A DNA stretch of 64,000 bases from Chthoniobacterales bacterium (lineage in GTDB: Bacteria > Verrucomicrobiota > Verrucomicrobiia > Chthoniobacterales > DASVRZ01): contig JBBRFA010000001.1 of NCBI GenBank assembly GCA_038225185.1, forward strand, positions 20,754-84,753, given 5' to 3'. A model generated the notes under the pieces. That model made no database searches. It was not told where the DNA came from and worked only from the letters and a program-made list of their open reading frames with translations. Below are positions 1 to 8,513 of this stretch, piece after piece. The position numbers and the translations under genes are program-made. The first letter of the stretch is position 1. Every line of letters starts with the position of its first letter.

Positions 1-335
1 ATTTGCGGCTGGATGATGCGGAGTTTTTCCTCGGCGCGCCGTCTTACCTCGGGGCTGGCCATCAGCTCAATCTGGGTGGCGAAAAAGTCGCCTTGGGAAG
101 TGCCGACGTTAAGGCCGCTATCGGTGGTGATGGTGTTGCCAGCGATGATTTTGCCCTCGGAAAAGACGTAGTTTTGCAGGCTTTGGATAATTAAGACCTG
201 GATAAGAATACCGAGGGATACCGTGAGGAAGACGATCCACCAATGGGTGACAAATTGCTGACGCAAGCGGCTGACCTGAGCATGGAAGGTTTCGTTTTTT
301 TCTGTAAGATTAATGCTGCCAGGTGTGGAACTCAT
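1..335 (-). CDS. Polysaccharide chain-length determinant (Wzz/GumC/EpsF-like), N-terminal part; the gene runs off the left edge
   Basis: Absent from the ORF track because it has no stop in the window. My translation of the minus strand from ATG 335..333 gives MSSTPGSINLTEKNETFHAQVSRLRQQFVTHWWIVFLTVSLGILIQVLIIQSLQNYVFSEGKIIAGN...DFFATQIELMASPEVRRRAEEKL. It has an N-terminal TM helix followed by a TQIELM.S..V stretch typical of Wzz-domain proteins. It starts 7 nt after the Wza-like gene stop. Confidence 0.55.
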   Translation of the reverse strand, partial: MSSTPGSINLTEKNETFHAQVSRLRQQFVTHWWIVFLTVSLGILIQVLIIQSLQNYVFSEGKIIAGNTITTDSGLNVGTSQGDFFATQIELMASPEVRRRAEEKLRIIQPQ

Positions 336-342
336 GATGTTT

Positions 343-1056
343 TTATCCTCCGCCAAAGTTGATGGCGCGAGCACGCACATTGATGGTGTCGTTCGGCTGT
401 AAAGGCACATCGGGGCCGGAGCCGGTTTGAAATTTCTCGTGATTGAAGAGAATGATTTCGGAATTACCGTCGGCACCTTTGCGAATGATGCGGATTTTAC
501 TTTTGTTGGCAAATTTGCTGAAGCCGCCAGAATTGGCGAGAGCTTTGCTGGCGGTAAATTCCTCGTTGGGAGGTATTTCCTGGGCACCTTGATTGAGCAC
601 TTCGCCGGAGACATAAATGCGTCCACGAGAAGCCTGGCTCACGGAGTCGAGGCCGATTATGACGGTGGCACGATAGTAATAATCGACTTCGAGCGAGCTT
701 TTGATGGAAAGAGCGAGATTTTTGCAGGTCCGGCCAGCGGCGCGCACCCGTCCGATGTAAGGCACTTCCATTTCGCCGGAGTCGGTGATGATGAGGCTGA
801 CCGGGGGGTCGCGATCTTCGACCACACGAAAGCTCACGACATCGCCGATGCCAAGTTTACGGGTGTCGTCCAAGACAGCCATTGAGGTGGTGGTCGCCAC
901 GGTGGCTGCGGCGGAGCTAAATGTCGTGCCGCTGAGAGAAGAAGGTTGGCGGGTTTGTGGTTGGGGACGAGCAGGGACCTGGGCAAGAGCCACGGATGCG
1001 GTGCTGACCATTAAAAAAACTGCCAGCCCAAACCGCAGGATTACCGGAACCTGCAA
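343..1056 (-). CDS. Polysaccharide export outer-membrane protein (Wza/EpsE-like, SLBB domain)
   Basis: C-terminal two thirds of track ORF 343..1377. Poly_export/SLBB-like sequence: LGIGDVVSFRVVEDRDPP...GEMEVPYIGRVRAAGRTCKNLALSIKSSL...IYVSGEVLNQGAQEIPPNEEFTASKALANSGGFSKFANKSKIRIIR...LQPNDTINV. I trimmed the start to TTG at 1056, which gives the signal peptide MQVPVILRFGLAVFLMVSTASVALA-Q and avoids overlap with the upstream gene ending at 1073. ATG at 1011 is the alternative start. Confidence 0.8.
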   Translation of the reverse strand: MQVPVILRFGLAVFLMVSTASVALAQVPARPQPQTRQPSSLSGTTFSSAAATVATTTSMAVLDDTRKLGIGDVVSFRVVEDRDPPVSLIITDSGEMEVPYIGRVRAAGRTCKNLALSIKSSLEVDYYYRATVIIGLDSVSQASRGRIYVSGEVLNQGAQEIPPNEEFTASKALANSGGFSKFANKSKIRIIRKGADGNSEIILFNHEKFQTGSGPDVPLQPNDTINVRARAINFGGG

Positions 1057-1072
1057 ACACTTGTTTTCCAAT

Positions 1073-2386
1073 TTAGAATTGGTAGGTAACCCCGAGAAGA
1101 ATGCGATTTTGCTCATAATCGCGAAGATCCAAGTTGGAGTCTTTTCGGATGAAACTGTATTGCGCAGAAAGGATCCAGGTAGGCGCAAATTGATAACTTG
1201 CCCCGATGGATGCACCGTAGCGGGTAGCTTCTTCGGAATTAAAGACACCGGATTCATTTCCTTCTTCGTAAAATAGGCGGGTGATGAGTTCGACATCTTT
1301 GATGATCTCCCATTTTGCTGTGTGGCGAACATAAAAGAGATCGATGAAATTGGAGTTGACGCCGAGAGTTGTTTCACGTCCGATGGTTAATTCGTGAGTG
1401 ATGGACGCGTTGATTTCGTGGGTGAAACCAAAATTAGCATAAGCACCATCGAAATCCTCGGTGTCATTCCCCAAGCTGCCGACGATGCCCGGCACGGAGC
1501 TAAAGCCGCTCGGATCGTCGAAAGATAGAACTTGATATCCCACCGCTGCCCGGAACGAAAAAGTTTCGGAAAGGGTGCCTTCCACAAATACTCCCGCATG
1601 CCAACCTTTCGCATCGTTCTGCACATTTTGATCATAACGAGTCGAACTAATAGCACCTTCGATGCCAACACCCCACGTGGGAGTGATTGCAAAATAGACA
1701 TTCCCATAAGCCTGATCCGTCGCGCTATCCAGGTAATCGAAATTTCCAGAGACTGATATTGTGTCGTTACGTTGGAATCCAATGGTCGTCACGAAATCCG
1801 ATAGTTCCCAAGTGATGGCGATACCAGCGGTGTTCGAGAATTGCCCGAAGTTTTCCACTTCGCTAAATCCGACAGAATCCACCGGGCTGTCTGTGAGGGA
1901 AAACGAATCGTAAATTTTGATGCGGAAATCTCCAATGAAGATGTTGAAGGCAATTTCCGACCCTTGATCCAAAGAAAATGCCGAACCGCTGCTGACGGAA
2001 TCGTTCAGATAAAATGAATAACCGAAGCCCACGCGAAGGGAAAGCGATGTGGCCTCCGACAAATCCCATTTTGCAGTGACCCCGATGGCCGGGCGAATGA
2101 TGACATCACTCTGGGGATTGACCTCGGAGAGGTTTACGTTGTCGTTGTATTCCGCAAAAAGAGAAGCGTCGAGCAGAAAGGATACCGGACCCAACTGCGC
2201 GTTGTAGTTGGGTTCATCGTCGATAAAAGTGCGATTATCAGGAGCATTTTCCCGTGTAAGAGAAGGGCGGATGATATCTTGCGCACACAATGACTGCATA
2301 CTGGTGGCAGCCACGTAAATCGCCGCTGCTGCTGCGATGGCGATTTTTCTTTGGAAACTAAATTTGGAACGTGTTACTTCACTCAT
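1073..2386 (-). CDS. Outer-membrane beta-barrel protein associated with the EPS export genes
   Basis: 437 aa. Signal peptide KIAIAAAAAIYVAATSMQSLCAQD. Alternating-polarity strands rich in G/S/T/Y/F throughout, and a C-terminal ...LLGVTYQF ending in Phe, typical of BAM substrates. Sits directly upstream of the Wza-like gene. Confidence 0.7.
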   Translation of the reverse strand: MSEVTRSKFSFQRKIAIAAAAAIYVAATSMQSLCAQDIIRPSLTRENAPDNRTFIDDEPNYNAQLGPVSFLLDASLFAEYNDNVNLSEVNPQSDVIIRPAIGVTAKWDLSEATSLSLRVGFGYSFYLNDSVSSGSAFSLDQGSEIAFNIFIGDFRIKIYDSFSLTDSPVDSVGFSEVENFGQFSNTAGIAITWELSDFVTTIGFQRNDTISVSGNFDYLDSATDQAYGNVYFAITPTWGVGIEGAISSTRYDQNVQNDAKGWHAGVFVEGTLSETFSFRAAVGYQVLSFDDPSGFSSVPGIVGSLGNDTEDFDGAYANFGFTHEINASITHELTIGRETTLGVNSNFIDLFYVRHTAKWEIIKDVELITRLFYEEGNESGVFNSEEATRYGASIGASYQFAPTWILSAQYSFIRKDSNLDLRDYEQNRILLGVTYQF

Positions 2387-2613
2387 AAGGTCGAATTATC
2401 AAGCTGACGATTTTTTGTCCACTATTTTAAACAAAAATGCGAAAAGAAAATGGTTTTTTTCACAAATCGCATTCGTAAACGGCATATTTCACAATTAAAA
2501 GTCAACTTGTCAAGAAATGTGTTATTTTGCGCTTTACAAAATGTTTTCTTGTTCTAAAATCTGCGCCGTTCAAGGAATCTAGTAAAATCCCACAATTAAA
2601 AATCGTATCAATT

Positions 2614-3606
2614 ATGAGAAGTTCAAAATTAACCATCCGTAGTTCGATGATCGGCTCAGTGGCTTCAATCGTCATCGCAACATCCCTGGTAGTCCAACCC
2701 GCATTTGCCGATTCACTCGCCAGCCGTTGGTTGAGTGGAGATGCATCAGCGGAAAAACAACTCAGCGTTGGGTCTGGCGTGTCCACTGGAGCGAGCGAGA
2801 CTTCCACGCTTATCCCGGCTCCCGGCATTTCTATTAAAGTGCAACCTGGCAGTCGTGTTACTTTATTGGTAAATGACCACGCAGCCTCCGCCGATGCAGC
2901 CAAACGCGTGGTTCGCGTCTCCGTCGAGTCCGGTTCCGCGTCTATTTACCTCGATAAACAATTCTCCGCCAATAACGATTTCGCAGTCGTCACCAGCTAC
3001 GGCGAAATTAAATCCACCGACTCGCTTTTCGATGTCACCATTGGTAATCCTGAATCCAGTGTCGCCGTGATCGATGGTCAGGTTTCCATTAACTTGCTCT
3101 CCGGCATTGTAAAAACCGTGCCCAGCGGGCTCGTGGTCAAACTCACCGACAGCGGTGTCAACGCCACGGCCAGCGAAGCCACCCCCATCTCCGGCGATGC
3201 TTACGCTGCGGTGTCCGCTTCCAACGCACTTACCTCGCTTGCAGAAGGCGTGGCCCGCAAAGAAATCTCCGCACAGGCATTTTCGGCTATCGTTCTGGCG
3301 GTTGAAACCACTGTTTCGCGCGATGCTGCCGAAGGTGCCCGCAAGACACTCACCCAATTGATTGCCACCAACGCCACCACACAACCTGCTGGTTTGATTG
3401 CCTCTGCCTCCGTGCCGGAATATTCTTCCAGTGACGAAGCGGTATTTAGCGATGGCAAAACTTTTAGCGATGGGAAGACCTTTAGCGATGGCAAAACCCT
3501 CGGCGACGCCGGTAGCGAACCCGCTCCACCCGCCGAAGGCCCTGGCAGCTCCCTGCGCCCGCCCAATCCTCCTCCCAGTTCGACCATTCCAAACGTGAGT
3601 CGATAA
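2614..3606 (+). CDS. Secreted FecR-domain protein with a C-terminal FSDGKT tandem repeat and a Pro-rich tail
   Basis: Track ORF 2527..3606 trimmed to ATG 2614, giving the signal peptide MRSSKLTIRSSMIGSVASIVIATSLVVQPAFA-DS. FecR-like beta core: SIKVQPGSRVTLLVND...VESGSASIYLDK...FAVVTSYGEIKSTDSLFDVTIGNPESSVAVIDGQVSINL. Transcribed divergently from the EPS export genes. Confidence 0.6.
   Translation: MRSSKLTIRSSMIGSVASIVIATSLVVQPAFADSLASRWLSGDASAEKQLSVGSGVSTGASETSTLIPAPGISIKVQPGSRVTLLVNDHAASADAAKRVVRVSVESGSASIYLDKQFSANNDFAVVTSYGEIKSTDSLFDVTIGNPESSVAVIDGQVSINLLSGIVKTVPSGLVVKLTDSGVNATASEATPISGDAYAAVSASNALTSLAEGVARKEISAQAFSAIVLAVETTVSRDAAEGARKTLTQLIATNATTQPAGLIASASVPEYSSSDEAVFSDGKTFSDGKTFSDGKTLGDAGSEPAPPAEGPGSSLRPPNPPPSSTIPNVSR
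3445..3498 (+). repeat. 18-bp tandem repeat x3 (tttagcgatggcaaaacc) encoding FSDGKT FSDGKT FSDGKT
   Basis: Read directly: copies at 3445-3462, 3463-3480 and 3481-3498, with 2-3 substitutions between copies. Confidence 0.85.
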
Positions 3607-3640
3607 AGCCTTTCTAAATTTAGCTCTCATCATAAATCTT

Positions 3641-3676
3641 GGGCGGGATTTCTGTGAAATCCCGCCCTTTTTTTTC
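3641..3676 (+). terminator. Rho-independent terminator after the FecR-domain gene
   Basis: Perfect hairpin gggcgggattt(3641-3651)/aaatcccgccc(3657-3667) followed by a run of nine T. Confidence 0.7.
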
Positions 3677-3722
3677 GCTGTTTTAAGGTGGTAATCCGAT
3701 ACTTTTCTGACTAAATAGCACT

Positions 3723-4601
3723 ATGGCAACCCCAAAAAAAGGCATCATTCTCGCAGGCGGCGCAGGCACCCGATTGCATCCACTTACCCAGATCGTCTGC
3801 AAACAACTCCTGCCCATTTATGAAAAACCGATGATCTATTACCCGCTCAGCACCCTCATGCTGGGCGGTATTCGCGACGTTCTCATCGTCTCCACTCCCA
3901 AGGATGTGCCTCTTTTTCAAAACCTCTTTGGCGATGGCAGCCAGTTCGGCATGAAGATTGAATATGCCGTGCAACCCAAGCCCGACGGCATTGCTCAAGC
4001 CTTTCTCATTGGCGAAAAATTCCTCGCCGGCTCCGGCGTCACCCTCATTCTTGGGGACAATATTTTTCATGGAAGCCTGGATTTTTTCCGTTCTGCACTT
4101 GCCATCGAAAAAGGTGCCTGCATTTTCGCCTATCAGGTTAGCGATCCCGAGCGTTATGGAGTCATCGAATTCGACGCCAACGGTCAAGCCCTCAGCCTCG
4201 AAGAAAAGCCAGCAAACCCAAAAAGCAACTTCGCCATCCCCGGTCTCTACGTTTACGATGAGGCCATCGTTGAGACCTGCCGCTCCCTTAAACCTTCCCC
4301 ACGTGGCGAATTGGAGATCACCGACGTCAATCTCGCTTATCTAGCCCGCCAGGAATTACAAGTGCGGGTGCTCAGCCGGGGCATGGCCTGGCTCGACACC
4401 GGCACTCACGCCAGCCTGCTCGAAGCGTCAAACTACATCGCCACCATCGAAAATCGTCAGGGTCTTAAAGTGGCCTGCCTGGAGGAAATCGCTCTCTCCC
4501 AAGGCTTTATCACGATGGATGATCTCCAGCGTTCCATTCAAAAGCTCCCCCAATGCCCTTACCGACAGTATCTCGAAAAAGTCGCCGCCGAGGTTCAATA
4601 A
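3723..4601 (+). CDS. rfbA: Glucose-1-phosphate thymidylyltransferase
   Basis: 292 aa. Canonical RmlA N-terminus KGIILAGGAGTRLHPLT...KQLLPIYEKPMIYYPLSTLMLGGIRDVLIVSTP, plus ...YAVQPKPDGIAQAF and WLDTGTHASLLEAS. Confidence 0.95.
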   Translation: MATPKKGIILAGGAGTRLHPLTQIVCKQLLPIYEKPMIYYPLSTLMLGGIRDVLIVSTPKDVPLFQNLFGDGSQFGMKIEYAVQPKPDGIAQAFLIGEKFLAGSGVTLILGDNIFHGSLDFFRSALAIEKGACIFAYQVSDPERYGVIEFDANGQALSLEEKPANPKSNFAIPGLYVYDEAIVETCRSLKPSPRGELEITDVNLAYLARQELQVRVLSRGMAWLDTGTHASLLEASNYIATIENRQGLKVACLEEIALSQGFITMDDLQRSIQKLPQCPYRQYLEKVAAEVQ

Positions 4602-4653
4602 CCTTCGATTCATCCGGCGAACTCTCCAAAAAAATCCCATTGCGCAAATCCCA

Positions 4654-5400
4654 GTGAGTGTTTTCCTATTCTTTGTGAGATCATTCATATTTCTTCTACT
4701 CTGCCTCTTTGCTCATCAGGCTTGGGCTCAGGATACCGCTTACACCGCTCTCAATGCCGTCGGGAAGGTGCGAGGCGATGCTTATCTCGATAACTTGCTA
4801 AACCTCGAAGGTCTCTCGGGCAATACCCAACCCGGCTCCTGGCGTCTCGTTTTTGAGGATGTCTCCTCGCGAGCCGGCTATCGCGAAATCGAAGTCCGCG
4901 GAGGCGAAATCGTCAGCCAGCGCGCCCCCTTGAAAAATCCTTTCGATTCCACCGACCGCGTCAATCTCAATCAACTTCAACTCGACTCCGATGGCGCCTT
5001 CACGGTTGCCGAACGCGAGGCCGTGCGCCAAAAAGTGCGTTTCAGCTCTGCCAATTATCTTCTGCTCAGCGATCCAGATACCGGCGCCCCCATCTGGCGC
5101 GTGCAACTTCTCAATAACGCGGGACGCGTCGTCCTGACCTCCCGTATTTCTGCCGATTCGGGACGCATTCTCGGCAGCGGAATTTCCCGCCGCACCTCAG
5201 CACCCGATCAACGCCCCACCCGCCGATCCGTCGTCGTCGAGGATTATGACGAACAGGGCATTTCCACCGAACAAAAAATCCATCGCGGCTTTGTGCGCAC
5301 AGGTCGCAGCATCGGCAACGGCTTTCGCCGCGTGGGTGGCTCTCTCCAGGAAATATTTACCGGGCGACGCACCATCGACAGAGACCTTCAGGACGAGTAA
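4654..5400 (+). CDS. Hypothetical secreted protein
   Basis: Track ORF 4519..5400 trimmed to GTG 4654, so it no longer overlaps rfbA and starts with the signal peptide VSVFLFFVRSFIFLLLCLFAHQAWA-QD. I recognise no catalytic motif. The start is uncertain. Confidence 0.5.
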   Translation: MSVFLFFVRSFIFLLLCLFAHQAWAQDTAYTALNAVGKVRGDAYLDNLLNLEGLSGNTQPGSWRLVFEDVSSRAGYREIEVRGGEIVSQRAPLKNPFDSTDRVNLNQLQLDSDGAFTVAEREAVRQKVRFSSANYLLLSDPDTGAPIWRVQLLNNAGRVVLTSRISADSGRILGSGISRRTSAPDQRPTRRSVVVEDYDEQGISTEQKIHRGFVRTGRSIGNGFRRVGGSLQEIFTGRRTIDRDLQDE

Positions 5401-5409
5401 GGTGCAAGT

Positions 5410-5898
5410 ATGACCAGCATCATCGTCGTTCTCTTCCTCGCGGCGATAGCCTTGTTTTTGGCCGAAATCTTCATCCCCGGCTGGGTGCTGGCTATTTTCG
5501 GCATCGTCGTTCTCTCAGTCGCAGTGGTCCTTACTTTTATCCAATTTGGATTCGGCGTGGGCACCGTGGTTTTATTTGTCACTATCGCGATTGGCTTCGC
5601 CGGGTTTGGCGGCTGGATGCGGTTTTTTCCACGAACAGCCATTGGCAAAAAATTCATCAATCAATCCATCGCTGGCGGAGAAAATAAGACCCCGCCATTG
5701 CTTCTTATGCTCGGCGAAGAAGGCGAGGCTCTCACCGATCTGCGCCCGGCTGGCATGGTGCGATTTCGCAGCCAGCACGTCGATGTGGTGAGCGATTCCA
5801 CCTTTATTCCCAAAGGCGGGAAAGTTACCGTTTTGCACATCGAAGGCAATCATATCGTCGTCCGCGAGACATCCAATTACGAGAAGGAACAAGCGTAA
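5410..5898 (+). CDS. NfeD-family membrane protein
   Basis: 162 aa. Three N-terminal TM helices, then a C-terminal OB-like segment GEALTDLRPAGMVRFRSQHVDVVSDSTFIPKGGKVTVLHIEGNHIVVRE, characteristic of the NfeD C-terminus. Confidence 0.75.
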   Translation: MTSIIVVLFLAAIALFLAEIFIPGWVLAIFGIVVLSVAVVLTFIQFGFGVGTVVLFVTIAIGFAGFGGWMRFFPRTAIGKKFINQSIAGGENKTPPLLLMLGEEGEALTDLRPAGMVRFRSQHVDVVSDSTFIPKGGKVTVLHIEGNHIVVRETSNYEKEQA

Positions 5899-5925
5899 AA
5901 ACACACCTCTTAGTGCCACCTTGCC

Positions 5926-6741
5926 ATGGATTACTTTAACGACATCACTGCCCTCATCACAGGCGCTTCCTCGGGCATCGGTCGCGAATTCGCTCTGCAA
6001 CTCGCCCCTCACGCCTCGACTATCATCATCACCGCCCGTCGTCTTGACCGTCTCGAAGCGCTTAAATCCGAAATCAACGAACTTCACCCCGAAGCCAACG
6101 TCTTTATTTACGGCATCGACTTCGCCGATGAAGAAGCCCGCCTCCAATTTCTCGCCTGGCTGGGTGAGAATGATCTTAAAATCGATCTCCTCATCAACAA
6201 TGCTGGCATCGGTGATCATGGACCGTTCATCGACGGCTCCTGGGAACGAATCTCCCGAATGCTCGATCTCAACGTCGCCGCCCTTACTCATCTTACCCAT
6301 CAACTTCTCCCAGACATGATCGCCCTCGGCGGTGGCGCCATTCTCAACGTCAGTTCTGTCGCCAGCCTGCTCCCCGTCCCTTATCTCAACGTCTATGCCG
6401 CCACCAAGGCTTATGTCACCAGTTTTTCCGAAGGTCTGCGCGCCGAGTTGCGTGGCACCGGCATCAGCGTCACCGCTCTCTGCCCCGGCCCGGTTCCCAC
6501 CGAGTTTGGCAAACAGGCCACCCGGCTTGGCGAAAATAATCAATTCGATATGACCACCCCCTCGTGGCTCTCGGTGGATGCAGCGACAGTCGCGCGGGAA
6601 GGTCTCCGGGCCGTCGCCGCAGATCGTGCCCGCTGCGTGCCCGGGCTGGTTATGTTCCTCGGTGCTTTGGTGCTCACGTTATTGCCCATTTTTCTCATCC
6701 GGCCATTTTTAAGCGCCGCCAAACCCAAACAAACTCCCTAG
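5926..6741 (+). CDS. Short-chain dehydrogenase/reductase (SDR) family oxidoreductase with a C-terminal membrane anchor
   Basis: TGASSGIGREFA cofactor motif, NNAG, and S...YAATKAYV catalytic tetrad context. Hydrophobic tail GLVMFLGALVLTLLPIFLI. Confidence 0.9.
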   Translation: MDYFNDITALITGASSGIGREFALQLAPHASTIIITARRLDRLEALKSEINELHPEANVFIYGIDFADEEARLQFLAWLGENDLKIDLLINNAGIGDHGPFIDGSWERISRMLDLNVAALTHLTHQLLPDMIALGGGAILNVSSVASLLPVPYLNVYAATKAYVTSFSEGLRAELRGTGISVTALCPGPVPTEFGKQATRLGENNQFDMTTPSWLSVDAATVAREGLRAVAADRARCVPGLVMFLGALVLTLLPIFLIRPFLSAAKPKQTP

Positions 6742-6743
6742 CC

Positions 6744-7076
6744 ATGTCCATCGCCGGTCTTACCATTCTCTTTTATTTTATTTTTGGAGCTTTTAACCAG
6801 GTCGGTGGGGTCATCGGTTACGTCAAATCCAATAGCCGGGCTTCGCTCATTGCCGGGATAATCGCCGGTGTCCTGTTAGAATCGGCAGCCATCCTCATGT
6901 TGTTCTTACCGGCGCAATCCTGGATCGGGCTTACCTTGGGTGGTTTGGTTAGTATCCTTTTGTTAAGTCGATTCGCGCCGGCATTTTTTCGCACAAAAAA
7001 AGTCATGCCCGCAGGCATTCTCACCATTCTCGGGTTTATAAGCCTGGTGTTAACCGCACTTAATTTTACTTCATAA
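6744..7076 (+). CDS. Small four-helix membrane protein (TMEM14/UPF0136-like)
   Basis: Track ORF 6564..7076 trimmed to ATG 6744, immediately after the SDR stop. 110 aa of four hydrophobic helices, with GG.IGY.K..S..SLIAG at the start as in the TMEM14 family. Confidence 0.6.
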   Translation: MSIAGLTILFYFIFGAFNQVGGVIGYVKSNSRASLIAGIIAGVLLESAAILMLFLPAQSWIGLTLGGLVSILLLSRFAPAFFRTKKVMPAGILTILGFISLVLTALNFTS

Positions 7077-7088
7077 AATTCTTTCACC

Positions 7089-8450
7089 ATGTCTCTCGGG
7101 AGCCGATTTTTTCTCCTACTCTGCGTATTGAGCCTGCTCACCGCCTGCCCCAAGCCGCCTCCGCCTGGTTCGGTTGCACCCACCCCCGCGCCAACCGAAA
7201 CTCTCTCCCCCACGCCTACTCCTACCCCCACGCCAACACCCACGCCAAGTCCCACCCCACTGCCAGAGGCCTTTATTCCGCGCAGCACCAACGATACTGC
7301 CCGGCTTTTTAACGGACTTAAAATTAGCAGCAGTGTGGAAAGCCTCCCCGGTGGCATCGCTCCCACGATTCGCAGGATCGATGATAGCTTTACCGTCGAT
7401 ATTTCGCTTAAAGTGAAAGTGCCCGAAGCCATGGTCACCCTGGAGCACTTTACCACCGCCAACCCCGCCATCACCACCGCTTTGCCTGTTCTCGGCGAAA
7501 TTCTTGCCCAGGCCAAAGTCTCCTCCTATTATCATGCGCTTTATTCTTTAAAAGTGCGTTCACTCCAGACCGATGTCAGTAATCTCAACACGGTCCTCTC
7601 CCGGCACAATTTCTTCGATTGCGGCACCATTCTCGAATACACCCACCCCGTGAGCCAACGCAAAGCCCTTATCCTCCAGGGCGATATGGACGTGGTCGCC
7701 GATGGCTCCGACTCCGACCGTTACCTCGAAGTCGATGGCACCAGCACTTATTATCAACCCTTTACCAGCTATCGCTGGCGCAAGCGCACCGCAGTCCCCA
7801 GCCAGTTTCTAGTGGAGAAAAATGCCCGCATCGCGGAAGCCCGGGCCGCTCTGGCCACCCCCGGTCTCACCCCCGAAAAAGCCGCTGAACTCCGCAAAAC
7901 CATCTCCACCACCGAATTACAAATCACCGATCTCAAAACCTTCAGCTTCTTGATCGCCAAAGCCGATCCCTTCATCGTCTTGCCCGGGTTCATGATCCGA
8001 AATAAATCCCTGCCCTTCTGTCCGCGCATCGGAGACTATGCCGCCGTTATTTTTGGCAATAAAATCTATCCTGCCATCTTCGGCGATGTCGGCCCTTCCG
8101 TGAAAGTCGGCGAAGCTTCCCTGCGACTCTCCCGCTCCATCAACGCCGCCGCCACGGCCTATCGCCGGCCCACCAATCGTCTCGATGTTAGTTACATCGT
8201 TTTTCCACAATCAGCCGACGAATCAGCCCCGCCTGACTACGAAAAATGGCGCACCCGTTGCATCGAATTGCTGGCCGAGATCGGTGCCACCAATGTCACT
8301 GTCGAACGCTGGGAAAACATCCTCCCACCCCCTCCCACACCCACGCCCACTCCAGATCCGGGCGTGCCGCTCCCCGCACCACGTGGTTTGGAAGCCACCC
8401 CCCCTGCCACTTCCCCGCCCACTCCTTCTCCACTGCCCACCCCAAGCTAA
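7089..8450 (+). CDS. Lipoprotein with a GH75 (chitosanase-like) catalytic core flanked by Pro/Thr linkers
   Basis: Lipobox LSLLTA-C. PT-rich linkers at both ends (TPTPTPTPTPTPSPTP and PPPPTPTPTPDPG...). Core motifs resemble fungal family-75 chitosanases: LILQGDMDVVADGSD (compare DMDVDCDG), DPFIVLPG, GDYAAVIFGNKIYPAIFGDVGPSVKVGEASLRLS (compare ..vyaI.GD.G....GEASI.LA) and DVSYIVF. Confidence 0.65.
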   Translation: MSLGSRFFLLLCVLSLLTACPKPPPPGSVAPTPAPTETLSPTPTPTPTPTPTPSPTPLPEAFIPRSTNDTARLFNGLKISSSVESLPGGIAPTIRRIDDSFTVDISLKVKVPEAMVTLEHFTTANPAITTALPVLGEILAQAKVSSYYHALYSLKVRSLQTDVSNLNTVLSRHNFFDCGTILEYTHPVSQRKALILQGDMDVVADGSDSDRYLEVDGTSTYYQPFTSYRWRKRTAVPSQFLVEKNARIAEARAALATPGLTPEKAAELRKTISTTELQITDLKTFSFLIAKADPFIVLPGFMIRNKSLPFCPRIGDYAAVIFGNKIYPAIFGDVGPSVKVGEASLRLSRSINAAATAYRRPTNRLDVSYIVFPQSADESAPPDYEKWRTRCIELLAEIGATNVTVERWENILPPPPTPTPTPDPGVPLPAPRGLEATPPATSPPTPSPLPTPS

Positions 8451-8513
8451 TTTTTTTCTTCCGGAAGCTATTCCTGCCGTGACAAATCGGACAGGTTCGC
8501 TAGGGTCCGGGGC

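Noticed and set aside
5410-5898. NfeD gene, as a possible marker of an NfeD-SPFH (stomatin/flotillin) operon
   Set aside because: No SPFH/band-7 gene is adjacent on either side, so there is no evidence for such a system in this window.
5572-6543. 323-aa ORF on the minus strand
   Set aside because: It is antisense to the NfeD and SDR genes and spans their intergenic gap, which no real gene would be expected to do. No motifs.
6818-7516. 232-aa minus-strand ORF with a (GV)n run
   Set aside because: It is antisense to the TMEM14-like and lipoprotein genes. The (GV)n run is the complement of the (TP)n linker codons.
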